Positions 51,444-64,000 of a stretch of DNA of 64,000 nucleotides are shown here, piece by piece (within the stretch, counting starts at the first letter, position 1; every line of letters starts with the position of its first letter). Source of the stretch: Camelus ferus (taxonomy: Eukaryota); assembly GCF_009834535.1 (NCBI RefSeq), contig NC_045696.1:96536001-96600000 (forward strand), given 5' to 3'. Position numbers and translations under genes: made by a program. The notes below the pieces were generated by a model. The model was not told the origin of the DNA. It saw nothing but the letters and a program-made list of their open reading frames with translations, and did not search any database.

Positions 51444-52602
51444 CAAGTAAGCAAGCTCACATACGTTGTCAAATGAAATAATTCACTAGGAACTAGTTTT
51501 GCCTTACTTTCCCCAAAAGTCTTCCTTGACTAATCCAATCTCACCTTTATGCCATTTCCTCTGAGCAGCTGTGTATTCAGTTTGTATTATGTTATTTTAT
51601 ATCTGTTGAATTATTAGCTCTTGGAATTGAATTGTAGAATTTAAGCGCCAAAGGGAAGTTAAAGGATCACTTCATTCAGGCTTCTCATTCATTTCTAGAT
51701 AAAGAAACTGCAACCCAGCAAATGTAAATGATTTGCTCAAGGTCACAAAGACTGCTGATCCAGGGCACACTTGACCGGGTTCCATGGTCTTTACACTCCA
51801 GCATGTATTCATTTATCCTGCACCCTCCCAAGCACACTCTGAAAATGGTGTGGCCAGGTTATGATGTGTGTAATTTACTTTAAACACTTCAGCTCAGACT
51901 GTGTGTGTTTGTTAGTCTCCAGGTACACTCTTGGGACAATTGGTTGCTCTAATCAAGAATTCACAGCTGGCATTTAATCAAAATGCCACACACCAGAGAA
52001 GAGTATCACAAGGCTTCAGCTACCTTCAATCAGCACCAGAGGCTTTGCTAATTACGATAAATGTCATTAACAGGCTTTCATTGGTGAAATTAGTGACTCG
52101 TTTAGTAGCATAATGGATACTATGAATGGACTGCCGTTGGTGACATGGGTGCTGTTCAAGATAAAATGTTTCAGAGACACTCCTCACCTTTGCCCATAAG
52201 GATGACACCCAGAGCTAGAATCAGAAATGATCCAATGTCCAGCCCTGATTTCAGAGGATTCTGGTTGGCTGATACCACTATAAGGTTAACTGAATCCTGC
52301 CTCTAGCTGGGGCATCTGTCTCAGATAAATCCTTCATACAAGATATGATTAGAGCCCCAAAAGTGAAGAGAACTGAGACTTCCTAGATTGTAGAACAGGT
52401 TGTGTGAACTGTTCCTGAGCCTATCTATTAATAAATGTTTATTAAATAAATGTCCATATATGTATAGAATTTGGTTAAAGAATTCACTCACTTCAAATAT
52501 AAACTAGTTACAATGAGATTGTCAGAAGTACCCACTGTCACCTACCTCTAAGATTGGTGGCTATCGATGCCAACCCGAGAGGATCTAATAGTTACGAATG
52601 AC

Positions 52603-53047
52603 TATCATGAGTTGAATTGTATCCTTGAAAAATGCGTATGTTGAAGTCCTAACCCTCAGTTCCTCAGAATGTGACCTTATTTGGAGACAGAATATTCACA
52701 AAGGTAATTAAGTTAAAATGAAATTAGGAAGGGCTCTCATCCAATATGACTGATGTCCTTATAAAAAGGGGGATATTTGGAGATAGAGACACAGAAAGAA
52801 CCCACATGAAATGCAAAGATGAGGGTAATGTGTCTATAAACCAAGGAACACAAGGATTGCCATCAAACCACCAGACGCCAGGGGAGAGGCATGGAACAGA
52901 TCTGTCTCAGCCCTCAGAAGGAACCAGCCCTGCCAATACCTTGATCTTGGACTTCCACCTTCCAGAACTGCGAGACAACTGTGAGACTGTTATTTAAGGA
53001 CCTGGTGTATGGTACTTTTTTTACAGCAGCCCTAGTACACTAACGCA
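52603..53047 (+). mobile_element. MaLR solo LTR (MLT1B/C-like)
   Basis: gttgaattgt...tatgttgaagtcctaacc...gaatgtgaccttatttgga...cagaaggaaccagccctgcc. TSD atgac/atggc. Confidence 0.88.
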
Positions 53048-53269
53048 ATGGCCAGATAGGCTTAGGTCTGCTTGTAAAAAGGCTTCAATAATTGTTTAAG
53101 ACTGATAAGTCCAGTATCACAAAGGTTACCAATAGCTACTAACTGTAATTCCCAAAACATCTAATTGCATTAAGTTGCACCCTTGCTTAAAAATCTAACA
53201 ATCAAACTTGATAAACCCACCATCACTTCCTAAACCATCAATGCTCTCTAGCCACAGTCTACCAGAAAC

Positions 53270-53790
53270 ACACCTGTATTCAAACAAGGTTGTGTCTACT
53301 GTCTCACTGCAACAAGGGAGAACTCACACCAAAGGGAGCCACGGAGGTCTCAATAAAAGGATGTCAGAAAGGACTGATAAGATTTGGACTTGGTGATGGT
53401 TTGAGGGATAGTTCAAGGAAACAGGGCTTTTCTCTTAATTGGATGCTGTCAGGAGCAAGGTGATTCTATTATAGTGTATTTTAATAATTTTCATCTAAAA
53501 GGCAGGAGAACAATGTGAAGCTAAAGCTGTAATTTGTCAAGAAGCAACAGTCACTCATATTAGCCTATAATAAGGAAGGGAATTTTGCGGTTTGGCCAAT
53601 GTTCTTGTCACATACGCTCAGACATGATTATGGAATCGTTATATTTTTCTCTTGCTCCATTACAGTCACAGAGCAATCTTGCATGCTGTTGACGTTCTGT
53701 GAAATTTGTGATGCTCAACAGAACACCAACGTTTTAGCTGTGAATGCCAGGCCCACTCCCATCAGGACCGGCTTCTCGCTTTCTCACCAT
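53270..53790 (-). mobile_element. Old ERV LTR, family uncertain
   Basis: ctcactgcaacaagggagaactcacacc...tggatgctgtcagga...gctttctca pattern of an antisense LTR. Confidence 0.45.
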
Positions 53791-53794
53791 TGAT

Positions 53795-54865
53795 CAATCT
53801 TAACATCATTAAAAAAAAAAAGGGCAGCTGGATTATATGTGTCTCCAGATGTGGTGCAAGAAGAAGTACACCACATCACCACATTGGGAGTACTCTTGTC
53901 AAAAAAGAAAAAGGAAAAAAAAAAAAAGAATCTGAATCAAATTAAGCCTCCAGGCCAGCACTGTCCGTGGAAAGAATACAAGTTATATATGCGTGATTTA
54001 AAATTTTCTAGTAACCGCATTTTTTGAAAACAACAATAAAGAGGTCAAATTAATTTTTGTATGTTTTATTTGGCTAATATATCTAAAATATTATCATTTT
54101 AATACATAATCAGAATAAAAATATTAATAAATTGTTCTACATTTTCTGTTTTCATAGTAAGTCTTCGTAACTTTTGAAAGTGTGTATCTTACACCCATAG
54201 CACATTTCAGTTCAGATTAAGCATGTTGAAAATGCCTAATCACCACAAATGGCTAGTGTTGCCACATGGACAGTGCAGCTCTCAACACAACTCCCAGTTT
54301 TGTGGAAATGAGGGAAACAGAGGAACACCTGTCCCCATCAAAGAATACGATTAACCTCATATAGAATTGGTGAAGGATTCAGTTTCTTCAACAAATAAGT
54401 GATAAGGGGAAAAAAGGGGAGGAGAAGTTTTTATAAAGGATTCTTAAGGGACATATTATTCTGCATAAATGCAATCTTTGGACCTCATTTGAATTTTGAT
54501 TTCAAAAATCAACCTACATAAAGACATTTTTGTAGTCACTTGGGGAAACTGAATACCAGCAACTGTCTTTTGGATAATATGAAAAAATTACTGTTAATTT
54601 TGTTGGCTGTGATAATACTACAGTGGTTATAGTGAAGAAAAGAAGTTCTCATCTATTAAAGATGCATTCTGAACTACTGATGTGTAAAATAGTTTATCTG
54701 GAATTTTCTTTAAAATATTCCAGGAAATAAAAGTAGGAGAGAGGTCAATGAAACAAAAATAGCAGAATGTTGTTATGATGAGTGATGAGTACCTAGTGTT
54801 TATTATACTGTTTTCTCTACCATTGTGTATGTTTTAATATTTTCATAATAAAATGTTAAAAATGA
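53795..54865 (+). mobile_element. Old L1 (L1MC/ME-like) 3' UTR, interrupted by MER33
   Basis: gtttcttcaacaaataa...aaagacattttt...ttactgttaattttgtt...ttttcataataaaatgttaaaaa. Confidence 0.7.
53956..54278. mobile_element. hAT-Charlie MITE (MER33-like)
   Basis: Inverted termini cagcactgtcc ... ggacagtgcag; aaaattttctagtaaccgcatt; tagcacatttcagttcaga. Confidence 0.8.
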
Positions 54866-55214
54866 GCATGCTAAGAGGAAAAATGGTCTATCTTTAGCTT
54901 TATTACCCTAATTGTGGTGAAGTTTCACTGCTGCATATATAGGTCAAAACTTATCAAATTATATACTTTAAATATGTGTGGCTTATTGTATGTCAATTAA
55001 ACTTCAATGAAGTTGTTTAGTAAAACAATCTATCATAGGACTACACGTACCTGGGAGCCCAGTATAAATTAAAAGTTTTCTCAATTGATGTAGGAGACAA
55101 TTTGTTAGAACTTTTTGTTGCAAATGACAAAATCTCAATTCTTTTTTGCTTAAAAAAAAAGTAAGGAGGTCTGGTATTTAATTTTTACCCTATTTACAAG
55201 CTAATAAGTTAGCC

Positions 55215-55630
55215 TGTTACTATTCCATAGACACTAGCAGAAGACACAAAACCCCTGGGTCAGAGACAAAGGACTTTACTACTCATGGCACAACAAACAG
55301 CACATACCTCAGCATATTTACTTTGGTCCCCTTGACCTCTGAGTCCTTTGGAGGTGATGTAATTTGGCTCAGATGGATCCTCTGCACACAGTAGGTTTGC
55401 ATCACAGCTGAGGAACACTGAGCTTGGGAAATCTATCACTTTCCTCACAAGCAATAAGAAAGCCTGCTATTTGTGCTGGAGGCAGACATCACTTCATCAT
55501 TCAAGCTGTTCTTTGTAAAGATAACTCAGAAAAATGGTCCAGCAAAGAGTGGTCAGGGCCTTGGGTTCTTACCACACTTAGTAATATGTTAGGAGCAAGA
55601 GGGACCCATGGAGAACTGTCTCTCTGAACA
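55215..55630 (-). mobile_element. ERVL-type LTR (MER74/MER73-like)
   Basis: ctgggtcagagacaaaggactttactactcatggcac...gggacccatggagaactgtc...aaca. Confidence 0.55.
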
Positions 55631-58379
55631 ATTATTAGATAATGGAACTGACAAAATCCAGTAGTAACTCTATAGCTTCAGGCATAGCTGGATCAAGGAG
55701 CTCACATGATACATTTATGCTTATCTCTCAGCTCTCTTCTCTGCTGTGCTGGCATTATTCTCAGATAGACTCATTATGTGGTTCAGTTACCTCCCACTGG
55801 CCAGGCTTGGGTCACCCTCTTTTTCCTGATCTATGACCAGGATCAGACTGCTTTAGTAGGTCAGAATCAGAGCAACTTTGTACAGTTAGTCAGGTTATGT
55901 AGCACATAAAGCACTACATGTAGGAGGTACCATTCATACCAGATATCATAGATCTGTAGTATATGAATTACAACAATTTCCAACAGATAGAAGTAAAGTG
56001 TCTTGAGGAAGGTGCTAAATGGGTAGCCCTGGCCAGAATCATTGCTTCAATCCCAAGCTGGGAGTTCAGGGTCAATTCTACACAAACCACAGGGTGGTTC
56101 TGCAGTTCTGTCAGGAGTGGGGATGGATGCTGGGCATACAAAAACAACAGATGCCCACTACAGGCTGGCACTATTATCTTTATTTTCTAGATGAGGATAC
56201 TGAGATTCTGTAGTAAGGAACTTGCTCAAATCACATGAACTACAAGAAGAGACAGACTCAAATGCACAGGTGTCTGATTCCAGAACACACTCAGTTTCTA
56301 TTTAACTACCCCAATTCACTGTCCTTAATGAGGTAAGTCTAAGCTTGTTTATCTGGTATTCAAATCCTTCCAGTGAATGTTTCCACTTTACACACTTAAT
56401 CTCGACTCTCACCACTGAAAATTGAATCTACCCTAGGAAGAAGTCTTTACTGCCCTCACTCCTTCCTGTTAGGAACTGATGAAACTTCTATTCTTATTTG
56501 AAAAAAAAATTTTGTCCAAAACTCAAAAGACTTGTGTGTGCCTCCTTAAAGTCAAGACTTCCATCATCAACTCCAAGTTCTTTCCATAAAATCAAAGATT
56601 TTTACATTTGTTTTAAGCAACCCCAATTCACCTCTCAATTTCTCCAATGGGGCCTAAGTGCTGAGAAGCTATAGATCATGTCCTTCCCTACAGACAATAG
56701 ACAACCTAACAGATACCTTTTGGAGCATCTGGCCAGCCTCAAACTCCCCTTCTCAGAATTCTTTCCTCCAGACATAGGTGAGCAACTAGTGGCCATGTCT
56801 GCATTGAGCATGGCTGCTGATTGGACAGGGAAAGGTCAGCTGAATGAAGCTGAACCAGTCAGATCCTCTCCTGAGACCTGGGCTCGAAGCTGAGATCTTG
56901 CAGTGTGGGATCCTTCAGCGGAGGGAATTGGACTAGGAGGACCATAAACTCAAAATGTGCAGGCTGACTACCTTTGACTCTGTGCTTGGGAAAGCAGCGA
57001 GAGCCAGTTTGTAGAAAGAGGAAGAAAAACAAATAGACTTTTTATGAGGAAGAAGTGGAGAGCACAAGCTGCCTTTTCCTGGAGGCTTTCCAGTTTCTAA
57101 TTCCAATGTCAAGGCCTGCTAGCACTGCATACCCTTGTTTTCCATGTGCGGCCCCCTGCATTCGTCTGAAATAAGTTCCATGCGATCAAAAGAGCCTAGG
57201 CAGACTTAACCCAAGGCAGGGGACACAGGAAGCGCTTACTTTTATACTTGGTGAATGCAGCGATAAGGTAAACAAATAATTTACATGTTATTACATGGTA
57301 TCCAGCCATTGATTTTACAGATTATTTATACTTGTGCTTTAGAGGTGGCAAAAAAGGTGCTGGAAGATGGAGACCAGTGACAGGGTGGCAGGAGGCAGAG
57401 TGCCCAGATGACTTACGCAGGGCAGCAGGGATGGTGTGGAGGGCAGGTCGTGGGATGCTGAGGAGAGGACTAGGCTGGGCTGGTAGGAGGGAGAAGTGAG
57501 GATGACTCCCTGAGTCCCAGCCAGGCAAATGGGCGCAATAATGAGGCCAGGCACCAAACTCCAAGAAAACAGAAGGGGAAGGACAGTAGGTGGGAGAAGT
57601 CAGGAGAACTGAGAAGAAAGATACATGCACATGTTTTTCTGCCTTTTCTGAATTTCAGTCGCACAGACAGCTGGAGAAACCAATTTTAAAAATCACCTGC
57701 TTTCCATTATGGAATCAGATTCTCCTTTTTATGACCATCTCTTTTCTCAGACTCAGTGATAGCTTGTTATTGGATTTTTAATCTGACGAAATTGATGTTG
57801 AGGGAGAGGAATGTATTATTTGAGGCCTCGAGGTTCTGTCAGTTTTGCTGGCTCTCAATGATGCACATTCCGCGTTGGGCCCCACATGGATGGGGCTCTC
57901 TGGGGAATCCCAGATTAGGCCTAGGGATGCAAGAAGAAGCGGGGAAGTATTGGGGCTTCTTTCCCTTCTGCCTTTCTTCAAGTCCCACTAAGGACTAAAT
58001 GTTGTTTGTCTCATGAAGGGAGAGATCTAAGAATAAACAGCCCTAGGAGAGCAGCCTGACATGCAACTCCACCTCAACAGTTCAGAAAGAGGAGGCAAGC
58101 AGGGGTCTGATTAGGGCATGTATAAAGGAGACGGGACAGGAGATCCACGGGGAAGTAAGTTTTAAGAGCTCACACCTTCACGTATACTGTCCCTCCCTCT
58201 GGGCTGCATTCTTCACCCCCATCTTTGCTTGTCACACTCTTACTTCAAGACCCAAATAATGTCCTTTTTTCTTAGTATCACCCTCATGCTTGTCCAAGAA
58301 GCACCAATTTCATCCTCCTCTCCTTTCCCAATTCTATTATGGCATTTACCACACTGTACAAGAGTTTCCAAAGAATTTC

Positions 58380-58610
58380 TGGTAGTGAAGAGCACAGATA
58401 CTGGAGTTAAAACCACCTGGATCCAAATCCTGGTTCTGCCATGTACCAGCTGTACGACGAAGCCAAGACATTAAACCTCCAAAATCCGTACTTTCTTCAT
58501 CTATGAAACAGGATAATAGTACATTCCTCGTAAGGTTCTTATGAGGATTAGACGTCAGGTGCTTAAAAGGGCTTCGGACGCAGAGTAAGCGCTGTGTTAA
58601 GAATGAGCCA
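58380..58610 (+). mobile_element. MIR SINE
   Basis: gtgaagagcacagatactggag...cctggatccaaatcctggttctgcca...ttcatctatgaaacaggataatag. Confidence 0.75.
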
Positions 58611-59715
58611 TCATTAATATTGCTCCCCTCTGGGCTACTAACTCCCCAAGAAGTCAAGCCTGGGTTTGATTTTATCCCTGGCCTCCAAACATGACACTAT
58701 TGACTTGGTTAGCTGACTGATGGCCACAACTACTTGGCTCACAGCTCCACTCTCATCTCTGCCCCAGGATTGAATTTCTGCTTGTCCCAGGAAGCCTCCT
58801 TTAAAGCTCTGGGCCCCCTAGCCTGTCTATTTCCTTCTCTCCATGGTCTCCAAGTTCTACACACACACTGCTTTTGAATTACTCTTATTAAAATACCAGC
58901 TTCAGTAAATCATTTCTGAGACCCAAACCCTGACTGAAGTTCCTGGTCCTTTCTACAGCAGTGCAGGGACCACCTCCTCTGGCTGGCTGATCTTTCATGT
59001 CTCACTCTCACATTTTGGCACTGACCCTACAGCTAAATAAATTCTACACTAAATTAGTCCTAGAAAGACAAGGACAACACTTTTTTTTAATTACATATGA
59101 AACACATAAATAAATTCTCATTGCAAAAAAAAAAAAAGGAAAAAATAGAGAAAGAAAAGAAAAAAGAGAAATTACAGAAATATGGAAAATACAAAGCAAA
59201 GCTCCCCCACATCCATTCACTCTTTCCCCAGAAACCATCACTGTCATCAGTTCACTCCTTCCAGAACTTTCTATGCCCTTTCGCACACATGAAGAAACGT
59301 AATTTTGTTTTGCTTGGTTCTTTCTATATCAGTGGGATCATTTGGGGTTTTCTTGGTTGCAGCTTGCTTTTTCCATATAGTAATTTATCTTGGAGACCTT
59401 TTCCAAATTGTAGAGGATGCTGGAGGATGGCTTTACATAGTTCGTTTCTGTGTTGATGAATATTGAGGTTGTTTCTAAACTAAATGATGATTTCATTTTA
59501 GCACATCTCCCATCACATGAAATTATCATTTAAAAACATGAATTTAAATCAAAATAAAACGTTAATTCAGATTTTTTACTATTCCATTTTTTAACTATTT
59601 TTGCCGTATATAACAATAATCATAAAAATCTTATTCCTAGATTTGTTTCTATGTACCTAAGTAGCATTATAATAAAAACAATTTAAAAGAAACAAAGTAG
59701 AGGGGCTATACTTTG

Positions 59716-60457
59716 TGTTTGCTGTTTTTTTTTTTTAACTGAAGTATAGTTGGTTTACAATGTTGTGTTAATTTCTGGTGTACAGCATAGTGTTTCAGTT
59801 ATATACATTTATATGTATATTCTTTTTCAGATTCTTTTCAATTATAAGTTACTACAAGATATTGAATATAGTTCCCTGTGCTATACAGTAGAACCTTATT
59901 GTATATCTATTTTATATATAGTAGTGTGTATCTGCAAATCCCAAACTCCTGGTATATTCCTCCATTCCCCATTTTCTCCCCTGGTAACCGTAAGTTTGTT
60001 TTCTATGTCTGTGAGTCTGTTTCTGTTTTGTAAATAAGTTCAATTTGTATCTTTTTTTTTAAGATTCCACATATAAGTGATATCACATGGTATTTTTCTT
60101 TCTCTTTCTGGCTTACTTCACTTAGAATGATCTCCAGGTCCATCCATGTTGCTGCAAATGGCCTTATTTCATTCTTTTTATGGCTGAGTAGTATTCCACT
60201 GTATAAGTATACCACAACTTCTTTATCCAGTCATCTGTCAATGAACATTTAGGTTGTTTCCATATCTTGGCTATTGTAAACAGTGCTGCTATGAATACTG
60301 GAATACTTTTCAAATTAGAGTGCCCTCCAGATACATGCTCAGGTGTATCATAGGGTAAGTCTATTTTAAGCTTTTTAAGGAATCTCCATACTGTTTTCCG
60401 TAATGGCTGCACCTAACTGCAGTACTATCAAGTGTAGGAAAGTTCCCTTTTCTCCAC
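59716..60457 (-). mobile_element. Lineage-specific L1: ORF2 C-terminus plus 3' UTR
   Basis: Translation QPLRKTVWRFLKKLKIDLPYD...FIAALFTIAKIWKQPKC. 17-bp TSD agaggggctatactttg (59699-715) / agagggtctatactttg (60458-74). Confidence 0.93.
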
Positions 60458-60513
60458 AGAGGGTCTATACTTTGCATGTCTTTTTACATACAAGCTTTTG
60501 GACCTCAGACCAG

Positions 60514-60986
60514 TGCATCAGTTGTATATTGTTGCTATATAACAAACTGCCCCAAACTTAGTTAAAAACTTAAAACCTAACAACCACAGGCATTTACTAT
60601 CTCACAGCTTCTGTGCATCAGCTCAGCTAGATCCTCTGGCTCTGAGTCTCACAAGTGCACTCAACTGTCAGCCAGGCCTGGAGCGTTTGCTGGCTGTTGA
60701 CCAGCCACATCAGTTCCTTGTGGTGTGAGGCTTTTCATAGGGCTACTCGTAATGCGACAGTGGGCTTCGCCCACAGAGAGGGCTCGAAGAAGGAGACGGA
60801 GAGAAAGAGCTAAACAGAAGTCTTAGTCTTTTCTAACGTAACCTCAGAAGCGGCATTCTATCACTTTGACCTTATCTATTCATTTAAAGTGAGCACTCTG
60901 GCTCTCACCTGAAGGGAGGGAATCATACAGAGGGCAGACACCAGGAGGGGAGCTCACTGGAGCCATCTTAAAGGCTGCTTACTACA
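60514..60986 (-). mobile_element. MaLR LTR (MLT1F/G-like), inserted in a MIR
   Basis: ttgctatataacaaactgccccaaacttag...atctcacagcttctgtg...tcactggagccatctta...ctaca. Confidence 0.75.
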
Positions 60987-61159
60987 AGCGACTTGGCTTC
61001 TCCATACTTCAGTTTTGTCATCTATAAACATCTACCTTATAGGAGACATTGTGGGGATTAAAAGAATTAAAATATGTAAAGTGCTGAGAACAGTACCTAT
61101 AGCATATGGTGAACACTAGAGCAATATGACCTAAGTATGGATACAAAAAAAATGCAAAG

Positions 61160-61301
61160 AGGGGAGGTATAGCTCAGTGGTAGAGTGAATGCTTAGCATG
61201 TACGAGGTCCTGGATTCCATCCCCAGTACCTCCATTAAATAAACAAACAAACAAACCAAATTACCTCCCCCCAACCAAAAAAAAATTTTTTTTAATTATA
61301 A
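61160..61301 (+). mobile_element. Camelid tRNA-Ala-derived SINE
   Basis: ggtatagctcagtggtagagtgaatgcttagcatgtacgaggtcctggattccatccccagtacctcca. TSD aatgcaaag (61151-59 / 61302-10). Confidence 0.92.
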
Positions 61302-62969
61302 TAATGCAAAGGCATATACTTACTCCGTGCAATGCACAGTACTAAGTTCATGGTGGTTGTTCAGGAAAGACTTGCCTTAAATGCCCCCTCATTACTCAAA
61401 AGATGTTTGAGCACAGGGAAATTACCCCAGAAACTAAAGTACTTTCTAAAGGTAAAAGTTCCTACCATAATTACCAAGGGGCCTCACAGTCACCTCCAAA
61501 TTTCCCACAAGCTTTCCCCTTATCAGAAATTTCCATGCAGCCAGCTCCAATGCCCTCCTGAGTCATCTCTAAATCTAAACAGAAAAAGTCGACCACACTT
61601 CGCTCTGAAAATGCACACCATTTGCCTGATTGCAGAAGTTGCCCAATTTGCAAAACCACACAATTTATAAGTTACAGAAAGACCAGCAAGAGTTCACCTG
61701 CCTAGCTTAAGTTATTTCTCATTGAGCTCAGCAGTTTAGGTGAGATTAGGGGTCACGTGTGAGTTTTTTAAAACAAGACCCACCCTGATATTTTAAGGAA
61801 AGAAGGACTCCTCAGTGTATCTCTAGTCTTCAAAGGGTAGCACAGGGGGAGATGGGTTAAGGAGCAGTGTCCTGCTTCACACGTCCCCTTTGTGCAATCC
61901 GGGACTCGGTGGGGGAAGAAAGCCAACCCGTTGTCCAGCAGATGTGGTAAACGCGTCATGAATCAGGAGATAACGAAAAGCTGGACCCTCCCCGCTGCTC
62001 TCCCCAGGCCACAAAGTCACCCAGCAACAGCAGCAACTCCCAAGGGCAAATAAACACAACTCAGCTCAGCACACATGCCCTCCTGAGAATGTGTCCTGGC
62101 TCACGATGCCCAGTGTGCAAAGGCCACCTTTGTCTGATTCAAAAGCCCCAAGGAAGGAGGAAGAAGGAAAGAGGACTTGAAAGGCCAGCCTGGCAGCCTG
62201 AAGAGGTCACTGATGTGGGTCAACCAGCAGGCCTGTCTGCTCTCACCCCACTTACCTTCAGCAACTGCCCAGAGGAAGATTTTTTTAAATCACTCTGATC
62301 AACTTAACCGGAAGTGCAATGATGTAAAGGAAGAAACAAGAAGAAATGTCTCCATACCACAGGAGGCATCTGTCAGGGTAAGAGTGGAAGAGTTAGTTGT
62401 ATTTTTTTTTTAAATAAACCAAATTCTCTCTGCAGAGAATTGCTTTTCCTGTTCTTTGTTTCAACACCTCCAAAATTAAACTGCTTCTTAAACAACCAGG
62501 GCCTAGCTGTCTGGAACTCACGTGAACATGGCAAGGGTGAGGACCCTGCTTCTCCAGTGAGAGCTAGTAAGACCTGGGAATGGGGGGCAGCGGTGCTGAG
62601 AGGCCAGTGCTGGAGGGAAAGAAAATTAATTCTGCTAATAAATTCCACTTGCTTGGGTGTTAAATTAAAAGTGGAAAGTATTATATTTTCTCCAATTAAA
62701 AGTGAAACGCTGGGTGATTTTTTTTCCTGTTGTCACTACTGTGTTCTCTATGCTATAAAAAGGCAAAAATGGAATAAACAGAGTATGATTACATTTTTTC
62801 CTCTCAAGGCCAGCTAAGGAAAGAATTTATGTAAAGTGGGCCCACGAAATTCAATGCTTTATTACTGGCTGTGTAACTGTTTTCTAACTGTGCTGAGTGT
62901 GCTAATCTTAACTCCTTAACAAGACTATAAGTAGGAGTCGGGTATAATTGAAAGGGATATAGATTAGTA

Positions 62970-63170
62970 GCTAAGAAGGAGGGCTCTGGAGCTGTTCCAA
63001 TAAGATCAGCTCAGTGATCCTGAGCAAATTCATTTCCATGTGTCTCAGTCTCCTCAACTGTAAAATGGAGATGATGACAATAGTAGCCATCCTGCAGGAT
63101 TGTTTCAAAGTCCTTAGAACCATCCATGCCCAGCACATAGTAGACGCTCAATAAAGATCAGTTATCATCA
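62970..63170 (+). mobile_element. MIR SINE
   Basis: gtctcagtctcctcaactgtaaaatggagatga...cagcacatagtagacgctcaataaa. Confidence 0.75.
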
Positions 63171-63719
63171 TTTTGTATTCTGCAGAGCACCGTTTCAAAA
63201 ACTGAGATTCAGCCATGTTATAGCACCTTTCAAAAACCTACAGGGATTACTCTTTGTCACTGAGGTAAAGGTCTTATCAGGCCAACTGAGGCGGTCATGC
63301 ACCTCCCCACCCTAACCCCAAGTCCCATCGCATCTCTCACTGTGCTTTAGCTGCTGCTACGATGTCTTCACCCCTACCCTCACCATACCTAGTCAACTGA
63401 AATCCTCTTCCATGAGTGTTTCGGTTATTGGCATTGCTCTCTTACTAAAAGGAGACTAAATCGGAACCATTCTCAGAGCCCAAACAGTGGCTGGTACATA
63501 ATAAATGCTCAGGAAACATTTACTGAATGTATGAATGACATCACATCTATTAATCTTCTTCAGATTTAGATTAAATTCCACCAATTCCATGCATGTAGTC
63601 TTTCTAGCTGCCCTGTACAAGATTAGACTTTCTTTCTTCCAGGCTCTAACAGTATATTTCTTGGACAGATTTTATTCACCAATATTAATTAATATTAAAC
63701 ATTAACTAATACTATTTTA

Positions 63720-63930
63720 AAAAATAATACCTAACATTTAAGCAGTGACTATGATGGGCCAGGTTCTTGGCATATATCAAACTCATTTAATCCTCATTAT
63801 CCCACCTATAAGATAGGTAGTGTTTTTAGTCCACTTGTTCAAATGAGGAAATTGAGGCACAGAGAAACGAAAGACCTTGTCCAAAGTCACACAGACGGTA
63901 AGTGGAGGGCACCGTTCTTCACCCAGTCCT
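63720..63930 (-). mobile_element. MIR SINE
   Basis: ctcatttaatcctca...atgaggaaattgaggcacagaga...tgtccaaagtcacacag. Confidence 0.8.
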
Positions 63931-64000
63931 GACCGTTCTTCCTTCCCACTGTTTTTCTTACAAAGAATCATCCGATTCACAGCTGTGCAGCTCTTTCCCC

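Noticed and set aside
51245..51481. KE-rich and FL-rich ORFs
   Set aside because: These are translations of the (GAGAAA)n microsatellite.
61161..61234. tRNA-Ala(AGC) gene (and the similar heads at 11201, 13090, 19731, 42740)
   Set aside because: Each has a shared family tail, an A-rich end and a TSD, carries substitutions in the stems or B box, and lacks an immediate oligo-T terminator. These are SINEs, not tRNA genes.

Overview
Mammalian genomic DNA, most likely from a camelid (camel, alpaca or vicuña). The basis is five tRNA-Ala(AGC)-derived SINEs of the camelid vic-1 type and seven cetartiodactyl-type L1 3' ends. The window is essentially intergenic or intronic. It has no CpG island and no long credible ORF. 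A large fraction is interspersed repeats: L1, L2, MIR, MaLR/ERVL/ERV1 LTRs and hAT/TcMar DNA transposons, several of them nested and with visible target-site duplications (TSDs). The only protein-coding candidate is a phase-compatible pair of small exons at 22-47 and 134-221, ending in a hydrophobic GPI-signal or tail-anchor-like C-terminus; I cannot name the gene. The most unusual non-repeat signal is a ~90-bp element present twice, 1.97 kb apart (33751-33837 and 35721-35810), with 76/91 identical alignment columns and unrelated flanks. Other points of note are an ERV1 solo LTR carrying overlapping NF-kB/GAS motifs, a convergent pair of CTCF-like motifs, and several motif-dense unique islands. 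I see no evidence for a novel multi-gene system. Repeat family names come from recall of consensus sequences and need RepeatMasker/Dfam confirmation. Boundaries given without TSDs are approximate.
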